DNA of 53,580 bases from a virus. Taxonomy: Duplodnaviria > Caudoviricetes. The position numbers were made by a program, and so were the translations under genes. Positions 1 to 7,634 of this stretch are shown here, piece after piece (within the stretch, counting starts at the first letter, position 1; each line of letters starts with the position of its first letter). The notes below the pieces were generated by a model. The model saw only the letters and a program-made list of their open reading frames with translations. It did not search any database and was not told where the DNA came from. The stretch covers positions 1 through 53,580 of IMG/VR virus record IMGVR_UViG_3300015360_000055; one strand, written 5' to 3'.

Positions 1-107
1 CTGTTTATATTCAGGGCAGCACCAAGAACTTCACGGCATACAAGGGTTCTAATGGAACCGGAGAGGCTCGATGGCTTTGTCTTTTCGCAGCAGACGCTGA
101 ACTTTAA
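1..107 (+). CDS. 3' end of a probable tail fibre-type protein (partial)
   Basis: Frame 3 is open from the window start: VYIQGSTKNFTAYKGSNGTGEARWLCLFAADAEL*, TAA at 105-107. A terminal ADAEL is common in phage fibre proteins (recalled). Confidence 0.45.
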   Translation, partial: VYIQGSTKNFTAYKGSNGTGEARWLCLFAADAEL

Positions 108-242
108 TCTTCAGAGCGCGGGAAGTCTTCAGAGAAGATAATCATCAGTACCAGGGCTATGGCCAGCACAGTGAAGTGGTCACTCAGTTCCATATTTAAA
201 GTGTAGGATTTACGGGCGGCAATTTCCAGATATGATTATGGG

Positions 243-629
243 ATGAGTGTTTGTGAACTTTTCAACGCTGAGAAATCTCTCGGTGGATTGATGACCCAAT
301 CCATAACTCTTATCAGATTGTCCCGAGAAGTCCGGACCATGAAGAATTACCTTCACTGCTATGATATTTTCGATCTGACCTATCAGCTCAACAAGCCGTG
401 GGGAAAGCATCCTGGGTATGTGGTGGGTGATCTGGCGGCGTTCGTAGATCTGGAGATTACCTGCAAGGAGATCGTTCAGAAGCTGGATCCAGACCCACTC
501 CTGGTGAAGAACTACATTTTAGATGTGACTAAGTTTCTCATCTTCTGGAAGAAGAGCGTGGACAATAAGTCCCGTAACGGCAAGGTTGTGAGTCTTTATG
601 TTCGTGGCAAGTGGCCCGAGATCGACTAG
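243..629 (+). CDS. hypothetical protein (start uncertain)
   Basis: 128-aa ORF with plausible composition; hairpin GACTAGG-acatc-CCTAGTC (624-642) covers its stop. Confidence 0.55.
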   Translation: MSVCELFNAEKSLGGLMTQSITLIRLSREVRTMKNYLHCYDIFDLTYQLNKPWGKHPGYVVGDLAAFVDLEITCKEIVQKLDPDPLLVKNYILDVTKFLIFWKKSVDNKSRNGKVVSLYVRGKWPEID

Positions 630-921
630 GACATCCCTAGTCCAATCCTCCCGTGCTTCACAGGTTAGTTTGCCCGATGTGCCGTGCCTGACGTATTCGG
701 CTCGTCAATCGAGTAGCCGCCGATGTCTTTAGTTTGGCAAGAGGCTACTGATCTGGATTCAGACCGTTGACCTACGACCGGAGAGGAGTCTCTCACACAA
801 AGGATGTTGTCGCTGTTTTGGCAGTTCGTCGTCTTGTGAGGTCATCCAGGCTGATATTTTTCTTTCGTAAATTAATGACAGAATGTAATGTTTAACGAAC
901 GACAAAGTAAGGGGGGAATGT

Positions 922-1209
922 ATGAGCATGAAACTGGGCGGCTGCTCTGCGTGTGGAAGGAATCATGGGGTTTCAGATCCCTGTGTGACGATCGAGATGC
1001 TGGAGGATGAAATTCAGAACCTTCATGATGAGGTCTTGATTCTTCAGCAGGATCTAAAGAAGGCGATTGAAGTCATTTCGGCTGCGAAAGAGCTTCAGCA
1101 TCACTACTACACGAATGGAAACGGTTCGATGGATTCACTGCGAGAATCGATCACAGGATGGGATCAATATGTGGCAAGTAAAACTCAAGCATGTCCTTGC
1201 GGAAATTAA
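922..1209 (+). CDS. hypothetical protein, N-terminal CxxC plus coiled coil
   Basis: Strong SD (AAGGGGG) before ATG; CSACGRNH; heptad-like LEDEIQNLHDEVLILQQDL. Confidence 0.7.
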   Translation: MSMKLGGCSACGRNHGVSDPCVTIEMLEDEIQNLHDEVLILQQDLKKAIEVISAAKELQHHYYTNGNGSMDSLRESITGWDQYVASKTQACPCGN

Positions 1210-1387
1210 TAAGCACTATGTGCTTGGCTGCATCGATTACTACTCCAAGCAAGATTCGGATCCATGGCAAGAGGAGCAGGACAGGCTTGAAGCGATCATG
1301 AAGATCGGTAGTGAAATTGAAATTAAGAATGCCCTTGATAAATTTGAAACAAATTGTAAATTGTTGATCTTGAGGTTCCAAAAGTGA
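1169..1387 (+). CDS. hypothetical protein
   Basis: In-frame ATG at 1169 (MWQVKLKHVLAEINK) of the 1067 ORF; GTGA overlap with the next gene. Confidence 0.6.
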   Translation: MWQVKLKHVLAEINKHYVLGCIDYYSKQDSDPWQEEQDRLEAIMKIGSEIEIKNALDKFETNCKLLILRFQK

Positions 1388-1761
1388 ACAAGGAAGATTT
1401 TAAGAAGCCACTCCCTCACCTAGAGGAATGGACCGCCGTTACTTCGCAAGACATTCAATTTGCGTTGATGAGATCGAGCGGGTTCCTCGAAGCATCCGAA
1501 GGCATCAAGACGAATCCAGAGATCGCAAGTCGCATGAACCTGAATGAGCTGAAGTTGCTCCAGGTCATGGTTCGACTCGTCTTCACGATTCAATGCCGTG
1601 GCTTGGACCAAGAGAAAAAGATTGAAGACCTGAAGGCCCTACAAAATCAGGTCAACGAGTTGCGATTGATGCTATCGATTGCGACCGAGGAAAACAGCAC
1701 GCTTCGAGAAACGATCTCCAATAAAAAGAAGCGGAACAAAAAGCCAGTGTCCGAAGAGTGA
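1384..1761 (+). CDS. hypothetical coiled-coil protein
   Basis: GTG start overlapping the upstream stop; coiled-coil C-terminal half and basic tail. Confidence 0.65.
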   Translation: MNKEDFKKPLPHLEEWTAVTSQDIQFALMRSSGFLEASEGIKTNPEIASRMNLNELKLLQVMVRLVFTIQCRGLDQEKKIEDLKALQNQVNELRLMLSIATEENSTLRETISNKKKRNKKPVSEE

Positions 1762-1782
1762 TCCCGGACACGGAAAGATTTT

Positions 1783-2130
1783 ATGAAAAAGAAAAGCAAC
1801 ATCTGTGATGTTTGTGGAACATCCGTGGGTTCCGTCAGTGATTTGCATCGCCTGAAGAAGACCACTCCACAGAGCTGGAATGGTTCTGTTTATGCAGAAA
1901 CCTGTCTGAAGTGTAGTGAGTTATTGGATGAGTGTCGCGCCTCTTTCATCCAGGATTTAAGGACTGCGTTTACCAAGCGCAAACGGGCAGCAAAACGTAA
2001 ACTGACGGTGAAGAAAAATGCAAAGCTTATTGATGTGCAAAAACGAAGAGTGCAAGTTCCGCAAGCGTTGCGAGCGGTTCATGGCCGTTCCGGAACCGCA
2101 GCAAAGTTACGCTCAGTACGAGCCAACTGA
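1783..2130 (+). CDS. putative zinc-ribbon protein
   Basis: CDVC...CLKC pair; basic C-terminus overlaps the next ORF by 113 nt. Confidence 0.5.
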   Translation: MKKKSNICDVCGTSVGSVSDLHRLKKTTPQSWNGSVYAETCLKCSELLDECRASFIQDLRTAFTKRKRAAKRKLTVKKNAKLIDVQKRRVQVPQALRAVHGRSGTAAKLRSVRAN

Positions 2131-2254
2131 AGATTCTTGTGAAGGGTTCACTGCTCGCGAGATCCCAGTAGGCGCAAAGGTTCTGCTTGGCAGACGACCT
2201 GCCTCTTCCATCTCGGTGGGAGCTACCGTTTCCATGCTTCAGAGCGTGGATTGA
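2018..2254 (+). CDS. small Cys-rich phage protein
   Basis: MCKNEECKFRKRCERFMAVPEPQQSY...C matches a recurring small phage family (MCxxxxCxxxxxCxRF...QSY), from recall. Confidence 0.6.
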   Translation: MQSLLMCKNEECKFRKRCERFMAVPEPQQSYAQYEPTEDSCEGFTAREIPVGAKVLLGRRPASSISVGATVSMLQSVD

Positions 2255-2360
2255 CTTCCCTCGTCGGGGGCTCGATAGCATCAAAGAATCTCTTGTTGGC
2301 TACAATGAAAAGCACAACGAGGCAGCAGTACGCGCTCAACATCCAGGGCCATTGTGTCAT
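2223..2360 (-). CDS. candidate 45-aa membrane peptide (not in ORF track)
   Basis: MTQWPWMLSAYCCLVVLFIVANKRFFDAIEPPTREVNPRSEAWKR*; minus-strand TTGACA at 2398-2393, 17 nt, then TAAGAG. Confidence 0.35.
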   Translation of the reverse strand: MTQWPWMLSAYCCLVVLFIVANKRFFDAIEPPTREVNPRSEAWKR

Positions 2361-2507
2361 ATGGGTTAGCTCTTAGTGGGCAGCATAAACCCTGTCAACG
2401 TACAAATCCCATTGTGTTCAATAAAGACGCATGTTTCAATCAATCCACCTACCCTCTTGGCCTGCCCCAAATCCCACCTCATATTTTCAAAAAACGGTGT
2501 TTTCACC

Positions 2508-2532
2508 AGCCTCTCGCAACGGGAGGGCTTTT
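2508..2532 (+). terminator. possible intrinsic terminator
   Basis: GCCTCTCG-caa-CGGGAGGGC imperfect stem followed by TTTT. Confidence 0.35.
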
Positions 2533-2565
2533 GCCTAAAGCTTAAGTTTCAGATACTCTTGTGAG

Positions 2566-3378
2566 ATGGACATTATTGAAGCTTACCGAGAGTGGACCGA
2601 CTCCAACGGCCTAGTTCATCCCATTAAGAATCCTACCCGAGGCGTGACTCAAAACGGGATCCGCTGGACCTCGGAGGCTTACATTATATTTCATAAACAT
2701 AACCTGATGACCGTGGATCTGAGAGCCAGGTTCTGGGCTGCGATCAAGACGTGCGAGTATCCAGGCAAGATTGGTCTTTACAACCGATGTGACAATCGCC
2801 CTGGAGATCAAGAAGGCCCAGACGATTACCACTCCCTTATCGGTGCGTGTGGGATTCTGGGGCTCAGTGCGATGGCCAAGGAGATCTTGGAGTACGGTCA
2901 AAGCCAGGTGTTTCACTTGAGAGATTTGGATATCAGTGAAGTCAGTCCCGATGACCGGATCTATAAGTATTTGGTCCTTCTGAAAAAGCATTTAGGCTTC
3001 ATCAAGCTTCGGTACAACTACAACAACGCGAACCCAGAGATTGCCAACACATCGAGCTTTATGGGGAGATTCCCTGCTCTGATCGCGTGTATGAAGTACG
3101 CGTGTAACGATCCAAAGATTCAGCCGACTGCACTTGAAAAGACGTGGCTGATCGGTGCAATCCTATTCTCATGCAGGCGACCAGTGAAAGAGCAAGACCA
3201 GTGGGCTCTCACCCATCTCATGATCCAGGCGGCAAAAGGAAAGAGCCGTCTCGTGGATCGAGCCATCAAGCATTGGTTCAAAGAACTTTACAAGGTGGCT
3301 CCTGGGGGGATGAAGGAAATACTTCTCAGCTACTTTGGGCAGCCTGAGTATCCAACGGTTCAGTTCACGGTAGATTGA
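2566..3378 (+). CDS. hypothetical protein, 270 aa
   Basis: Long ORF with normal globular composition; no family recognised. Confidence 0.75.
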   Translation: MDIIEAYREWTDSNGLVHPIKNPTRGVTQNGIRWTSEAYIIFHKHNLMTVDLRARFWAAIKTCEYPGKIGLYNRCDNRPGDQEGPDDYHSLIGACGILGLSAMAKEILEYGQSQVFHLRDLDISEVSPDDRIYKYLVLLKKHLGFIKLRYNYNNANPEIANTSSFMGRFPALIACMKYACNDPKIQPTALEKTWLIGAILFSCRRPVKEQDQWALTHLMIQAAKGKSRLVDRAIKHWFKELYKVAPGGMKEILLSYFGQPEYPTVQFTVD

Positions 3379-3590
3379 TGTTTCGGGTTCGAAGGTTCTA
3401 CAAGCACAAGAACTGCTTGGATCTGATTATCGAAGTGATCAAGGTTCAGTACGCGGACGCGAGAAGGATCAAGCTTAAGATTTACTATACGGACGGCAAG
3501 ACACGATATCATCCCAACCCTCAAGTCATCGAGATCGCCAGAAGTCAGGTGAAGAACTGGCTAGAGGTTGATGTGCTTGACAAAGTGTAA
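3375..3590 (+). CDS. hypothetical protein
   Basis: 71-aa ORF coupled to both neighbours by start/stop overlaps. Confidence 0.6.
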   Translation: MMFRVRRFYKHKNCLDLIIEVIKVQYADARRIKLKIYYTDGKTRYHPNPQVIEIARSQVKNWLEVDVLDKV

Positions 3591-3605
3591 TGCTGAAGAT
3601 AAGTT
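3577..3605 (+). promoter_or_regulatory. sigma70-like promoter
   Basis: TTGACA (3577-3582), 17 nt, TAAGTT (3600-3605); in-frame ATG at 3614. Confidence 0.5.
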
Positions 3606-3862
3606 CTCAGGTAATGTTCAAACAATATCAACGAGAGATGAGACTTCGGGCAATCAACCATTTCAAGATGTCCATGTGCGGACAAGTCTGGACTCAGGGC
3701 CAATTTGATCAGTACGTCGAGAGCCTCCGAGGGCTTAAGCTCGAAGATCACGAAGACTGCGATCACTGTGCAGGCAAAGGCAAGGTTGAAGACTCCACGG
3801 GATTATATCCGATGAGGTGTGGCTTTTGTTCGGGCACGGGCAGAGTCAAAACTGTTTCCTGA
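3590..3862 (+). CDS. protein with DnaJ-type CxxCxGxG zinc finger (start may be 3614)
   Basis: CDHCAGKG and CGFCSGTG repeats. Confidence 0.7.
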   Translation: MLKISSQVMFKQYQREMRLRAINHFKMSMCGQVWTQGQFDQYVESLRGLKLEDHEDCDHCAGKGKVEDSTGLYPMRCGFCSGTGRVKTVS

Positions 3863-3873
3863 AACCCGTAATA
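3858..3873 (+). repeat. dispersed motif copy 1, CCTGAAACCCGTAATA
   Basis: Read directly; contains the TGA stop of the zinc-finger gene and lies upstream of the tubulin gene. Confidence 0.9.
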
Positions 3874-3930
3874 TCCAAAAACTACTTTCTGTATTAGGCT
3901 TGGAGAACGTCAAACGTCTCTGAGCTTTTT

Positions 3931-3960
3931 TTGAATGACGTTTGGTGTTATCTGTAGAAT
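3931..3960 (+). promoter_or_regulatory. putative promoter for the tubulin/terminase block
   Basis: TTGAAT, 18 nt, TAGAAT; TCTGTARAAT recurs at 34307 and 50299. Confidence 0.4.
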
Positions 3961-4049
3961 GGAAGTAGGATACAATTTGTATGTCTCTTCCGTTGCGGTA
4001 TCAAATTTTGACTGCTGAGCAGTTCTATACGTTGGCTAAAGGAGAAGCT

Positions 4050-5183
4050 ATGGCGATTGATTTAGGGATTGATGAAGAAGTCGTTCTTCCACCAGAGTCC
4101 GTTACTGACGAAAAGAAAGTCGCAGTGAAGTTCGGGATCATCGGCGCAGGCCAAGGTGGGGGCCAGCTTGCTGACGCCTTCTGGCAGCTTGGATATCGCC
4201 GGGTCGCGGTGGTGAATACAACGACTCGGGACATGCAGCGTCTCCAGATCCCTGAAGCTAATCGTCACATTTTGAAGTCCGAAGGCGGCGCTGGGAAAGA
4301 TCCCGCTGTTGGAAAGAAGGCCGTCGAAGCCGAGACTGAAGAACTGATGCGACTCATCCAAGGTGCTTTCAAGAAAGACCTGGAGCACATTTTGATCTGC
4401 GTGGGTGCAGGTGGCGGCACCGGCTCCGGATCAGCTCTCCCTCTGATTAAGATCTGCAAAGAGTATTTGGTCTCCATCGGCGTTCAGAATCCTGAGAAGA
4501 AGGTCGGCGTGATCTGCACTCTACCCACTCGGGATGAGTCCTCGGCTGTCCAGCGCAACGCTCTTGAAACGATTCTCCCTCTTTGTGACCTGGCAGAAAA
4601 AGGTCAGCTCTCTCCTCTTGTGCTCGTGGACAACTCCCGCGTGCTCGCGATGTACGGCAAGGCATCGGTTGTGGATGTCTGGGGTAAGGCGAACAGAAAT
4701 ATTGCTTCACTCTTCAATGCCTTTAACGAATTGTGTGCTGCTGACGATGCGACCTGCCACGTTGTTTGCGATCCAAAGGACTATAAAACCGTACTTGAAG
4801 GCGGTATACTCGCATTTGGAAGGACCAAGCTTGAGAAGGTTGAAAAACCTACCGATGTTGCTGACGCCGTTCGCGATAACGTGAAGAAGGGTTTGCTCGT
4901 CGAGGGAATGGATCTTTCAAAAGCGAATGTCGGAGCAGGACTTCTGGTTTCAAACGGCGAAGGATTGGGAAGTGTCTCTCAGGAGTCTCTTGAGAATGCT
5001 TTCGGATCCTTGAACCGGTTGATGGCGCAAGGCCCTGAGACTAAACTTCACCGTGGAGTTTACGAAGCAGGAGCGGACGCTAAAGTTTATTTGTATACCA
5101 TTTTGGCCGGTATGGGACGCCCGTTGACACGGCTCCAGGAAATGCAATCAAAGGCTGGGGCTTCACACCCCATTGGAGGATAG
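4050..5183 (+). CDS. tubulin/FtsZ-superfamily GTPase (PhuZ/TubZ-like)
   Basis: GIIGAGQGG (T1 loop), GAGKDP, signature GGGTGSG, LVDN, DPKDY in the T7 position. ATG 4050 has SD AAAGGAG; the track start is 3981. Confidence 0.92.
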   Translation: MAIDLGIDEEVVLPPESVTDEKKVAVKFGIIGAGQGGGQLADAFWQLGYRRVAVVNTTTRDMQRLQIPEANRHILKSEGGAGKDPAVGKKAVEAETEELMRLIQGAFKKDLEHILICVGAGGGTGSGSALPLIKICKEYLVSIGVQNPEKKVGVICTLPTRDESSAVQRNALETILPLCDLAEKGQLSPLVLVDNSRVLAMYGKASVVDVWGKANRNIASLFNAFNELCAADDATCHVVCDPKDYKTVLEGGILAFGRTKLEKVEKPTDVADAVRDNVKKGLLVEGMDLSKANVGAGLLVSNGEGLGSVSQESLENAFGSLNRLMAQGPETKLHRGVYEAGADAKVYLYTILAGMGRPLTRLQEMQSKAGASHPIGG

Positions 5184-5184
5184 T

Positions 5185-5529
5185 ATGAAAAGAATCATGG
5201 AAGATAAGCACGGGTCCCCGATCGAATGCAAATTGAACGAAAGCGTGGATGGTTTCGGAATCCCAGGCAGCGAAAAGCTTGCTGAAGATTCTCAGATCGC
5301 TGAAGGCGAACGCCACGACTACAAGGGCTTGCTCGCTGGCTTGATGGACGCCGTTGAAGTTCACATGGCAATCCAAGCAGGCACCGCTGAAGAAGGCGCT
5401 GAAGATCCATTGGTCATGGTCATGGATGCAACCAAAGAAGCTCTTGCTCCAAAGGATGACGAAGGCTCCAAAGGTTCTGAAGACGATGCTCCAGCTCCTA
5501 TGGAATTGGAAGTACCTGCTGTCGAGTAA
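5185..5529 (+). CDS. small acidic protein in the small-terminase position, function unknown
   Basis: GGAGGA SD before ATG 5185; IME-D, LNE-S, LAE-D motifs resemble head-protein cleavage sites. Confidence 0.7.
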   Translation: MKRIMEDKHGSPIECKLNESVDGFGIPGSEKLAEDSQIAEGERHDYKGLLAGLMDAVEVHMAIQAGTAEEGAEDPLVMVMDATKEALAPKDDEGSKGSEDDAPAPMELEVPAVE

Positions 5530-5532
5530 GTT

Positions 5533-7629
5533 ATGCCGCTCATAGACGAGGGCGGACGATACAGGTCAGTAAGAACCGAAGATGAATACGCTGAGCTTTT
5601 CCTCCGGGAGATTGACCTCATCCCTCCCGAGGAAAGGCAATTTGCATTTGAAGTTCTCAACGATTTTCTTGTCCAGTCCAACAGTCCTGCCCTAGAAGTT
5701 TCATCTCAGAAACTGTACCGGACCCCACCAGTGAAGATGGAGGAGTTTCTAAAGAATCCCTTTTATCTAGGTGCGTTCCACAAGACGATCTTTGAAACGA
5801 TCAAAGAAGATCTGACCGAAGTATTCGAAGGCAGTTATGTGCAAGCCATCTGGGGTGGGTCACTGGGTGGGGGTAAATCAACGGCAGGCGTGATCTCGCT
5901 TGTCAGAATGGTTTACGAGGCGAGCTGCCTTCGAAATCCTCACGAGACCTACAGCATCTCATCTTCCGATTACATCATGTTCCCTGGAGTTTCATCGACC
6001 GAGGACATTGCCGAACGAAACATCTTGGATAAGGTTCGCTTCATCATCAACGACAGCGAATACTTTCAAACTTACTTCCGTCCCGAGAAAGACTCGATGG
6101 CGAAAGGTATTTTGTTTCCGAACAAGATTCTGATCCCCCCGGGAGCTTCGAACTCAGGACAGATCTTGGGCGGTAACGTCGCAGGACTCTTTATCGATGA
6201 AACCAACTTCTTTCAGAAAAGAAGTAACGGGCAAGTCAATCCACACGAGCAAAAAGAAAACGTGGAAGTCATTTACGAGACCATCGTTCGCCGAATGGAG
6301 TCTCGTTTCAAAAAGCTTGGGAGAATTCCAGGCATCATCGCTCTGGCTTCATCCAAGACCACTCCGAATGCTTTTACCGAACGAGTGATCTTAAAGTCGA
6401 TCAACAAGTCTAACGTCTTTGTCCGGGAGAGAAGTGTTTGGGAATCTCAAACCACCAACACGTTTTCCGGTAAAAGGTTTCGTGTTGCCATCGGGACTGA
6501 GACTCGGATGTCGAAATTCCTGGGTGACGAAGAGCCTGATCCAGAGGGAATGAAAGTCATCGATGTTCCGGAAGAGTTCCGAGAAGCATTCGAAGACGAC
6601 ATCGATGGATCCATTCGAGATCACGGCGGCTACGCGACCGTCTCCATCACTCCGTTCATCACGAGACGCGAGAAGATTTACGAATGCGTGGACAAGACTC
6701 GCACGCATCCATTCACTCAAGAAGTCTGGGAACAAAGCGTCCCAGGCAACATCCAGTGGGAAAAACTTTGTCGGTTGAAGTCGGATGGAACTTACGAGCC
6801 TCTTCATCATCCGTCAGCGCCGCGTCACGTTCATCTCGACTTGAGTAAGAATCAGGATAGAACCGGGCTCACAGTCTCGTGTATTGGTGGCTACGCTCCC
6901 GTGCAGCGGTGGGGGAAGACTGACATTGAGATGGCCCCTCACATTCATGTGGACTTCACCTTGGCGATCCAAGCCCCCCTCGGCGGTGAGATTATGTATG
7001 CTGAGATCCGAAAACTCATTTACGAATTCAGTCAGCATGGATTCTTCATCAAGGTGGTCACAGCCGATCAATACCAATCCTTGGCACTTCTCCAGGCCAT
7101 GCGTCAGCAGGGTTATAAGACGAAGATTGTTTCTGTCGAGCCCCCAGGTGGTCCTTACGAATCACTCAAGCAGGCGCTCTATGAGAATCGGCTTTCCATG
7201 TACAACTATCCTCCTCTGACGAAAGAATTGAGAGAGCTTCAGAAGAACTGGAAGACTGGGAAAGTCGATCACCCGGATTCGAGCCGAGGTGGTAGTAAAG
7301 ATATTGCGGATAGTTTAGCCGGGGTGATCGCCACTCTGACAGAATCCGCTTACGGAATTATGGATGCCCCCGTAACGAAGGGGATCTCAGAGATTGTCAT
7401 GCAAGATGACGATGCCTGGATCCTGGACGGAATGCTTTCGGTGGGCAACACGAGTGATCCTTCCATTCCTGAATGGCGTCAGAATGCGGAAGAGATCCTT
7501 CGCGAAGATGGACAAAACGTCAACTCTCACCCAGAGTGGAGACAGAATGCTGAGAAAGCTCTGGATCAAGAACAGGGTAACAATTATGATTGGAAAAAGA
7601 ATTTCCAAATGCCATTTGTGGTGGGTTGA
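5533..7629 (+). CDS. terL: terminase large subunit
   Basis: Walker A GSLGGGKST, Walker B LFIDE, coupling motif ASS, RNase H-like nuclease HLDLSKNQD, DQYQS, KVDHP...SKDIADS. Confidence 0.93.
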   Translation: MPLIDEGGRYRSVRTEDEYAELFLREIDLIPPEERQFAFEVLNDFLVQSNSPALEVSSQKLYRTPPVKMEEFLKNPFYLGAFHKTIFETIKEDLTEVFEGSYVQAIWGGSLGGGKSTAGVISLVRMVYEASCLRNPHETYSISSSDYIMFPGVSSTEDIAERNILDKVRFIINDSEYFQTYFRPEKDSMAKGILFPNKILIPPGASNSGQILGGNVAGLFIDETNFFQKRSNGQVNPHEQKENVEVIYETIVRRMESRFKKLGRIPGIIALASSKTTPNAFTERVILKSINKSNVFVRERSVWESQTTNTFSGKRFRVAIGTETRMSKFLGDEEPDPEGMKVIDVPEEFREAFEDDIDGSIRDHGGYATVSITPFITRREKIYECVDKTRTHPFTQEVWEQSVPGNIQWEKLCRLKSDGTYEPLHHPSAPRHVHLDLSKNQDRTGLTVSCIGGYAPVQRWGKTDIEMAPHIHVDFTLAIQAPLGGEIMYAEIRKLIYEFSQHGFFIKVVTADQYQSLALLQAMRQQGYKTKIVSVEPPGGPYESLKQALYENRLSMYNYPPLTKELRELQKNWKTGKVDHPDSSRGGSKDIADSLAGVIATLTESAYGIMDAPVTKGISEIVMQDDDAWILDGMLSVGNTSDPSIPEWRQNAEEILREDGQNVNSHPEWRQNAEKALDQEQGNNYDWKKNFQMPFVVG

Positions 7630-7634
7630 ATAAT

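Noticed and set aside
630-860. tmRNA or tRNA gene
   Set aside because: No acceptor stem, T-arm or CCA end, and the putative tag (AKTATTSFV) lacks the usual C-terminal AA; kept only as a generic ncRNA candidate.
4050-5183. Host ftsZ or proof of a nucleus-forming phage
   Set aside because: No cell-division gene context or FtsZ C-terminal peptide; no chimallin-like gene recognisable in this window.
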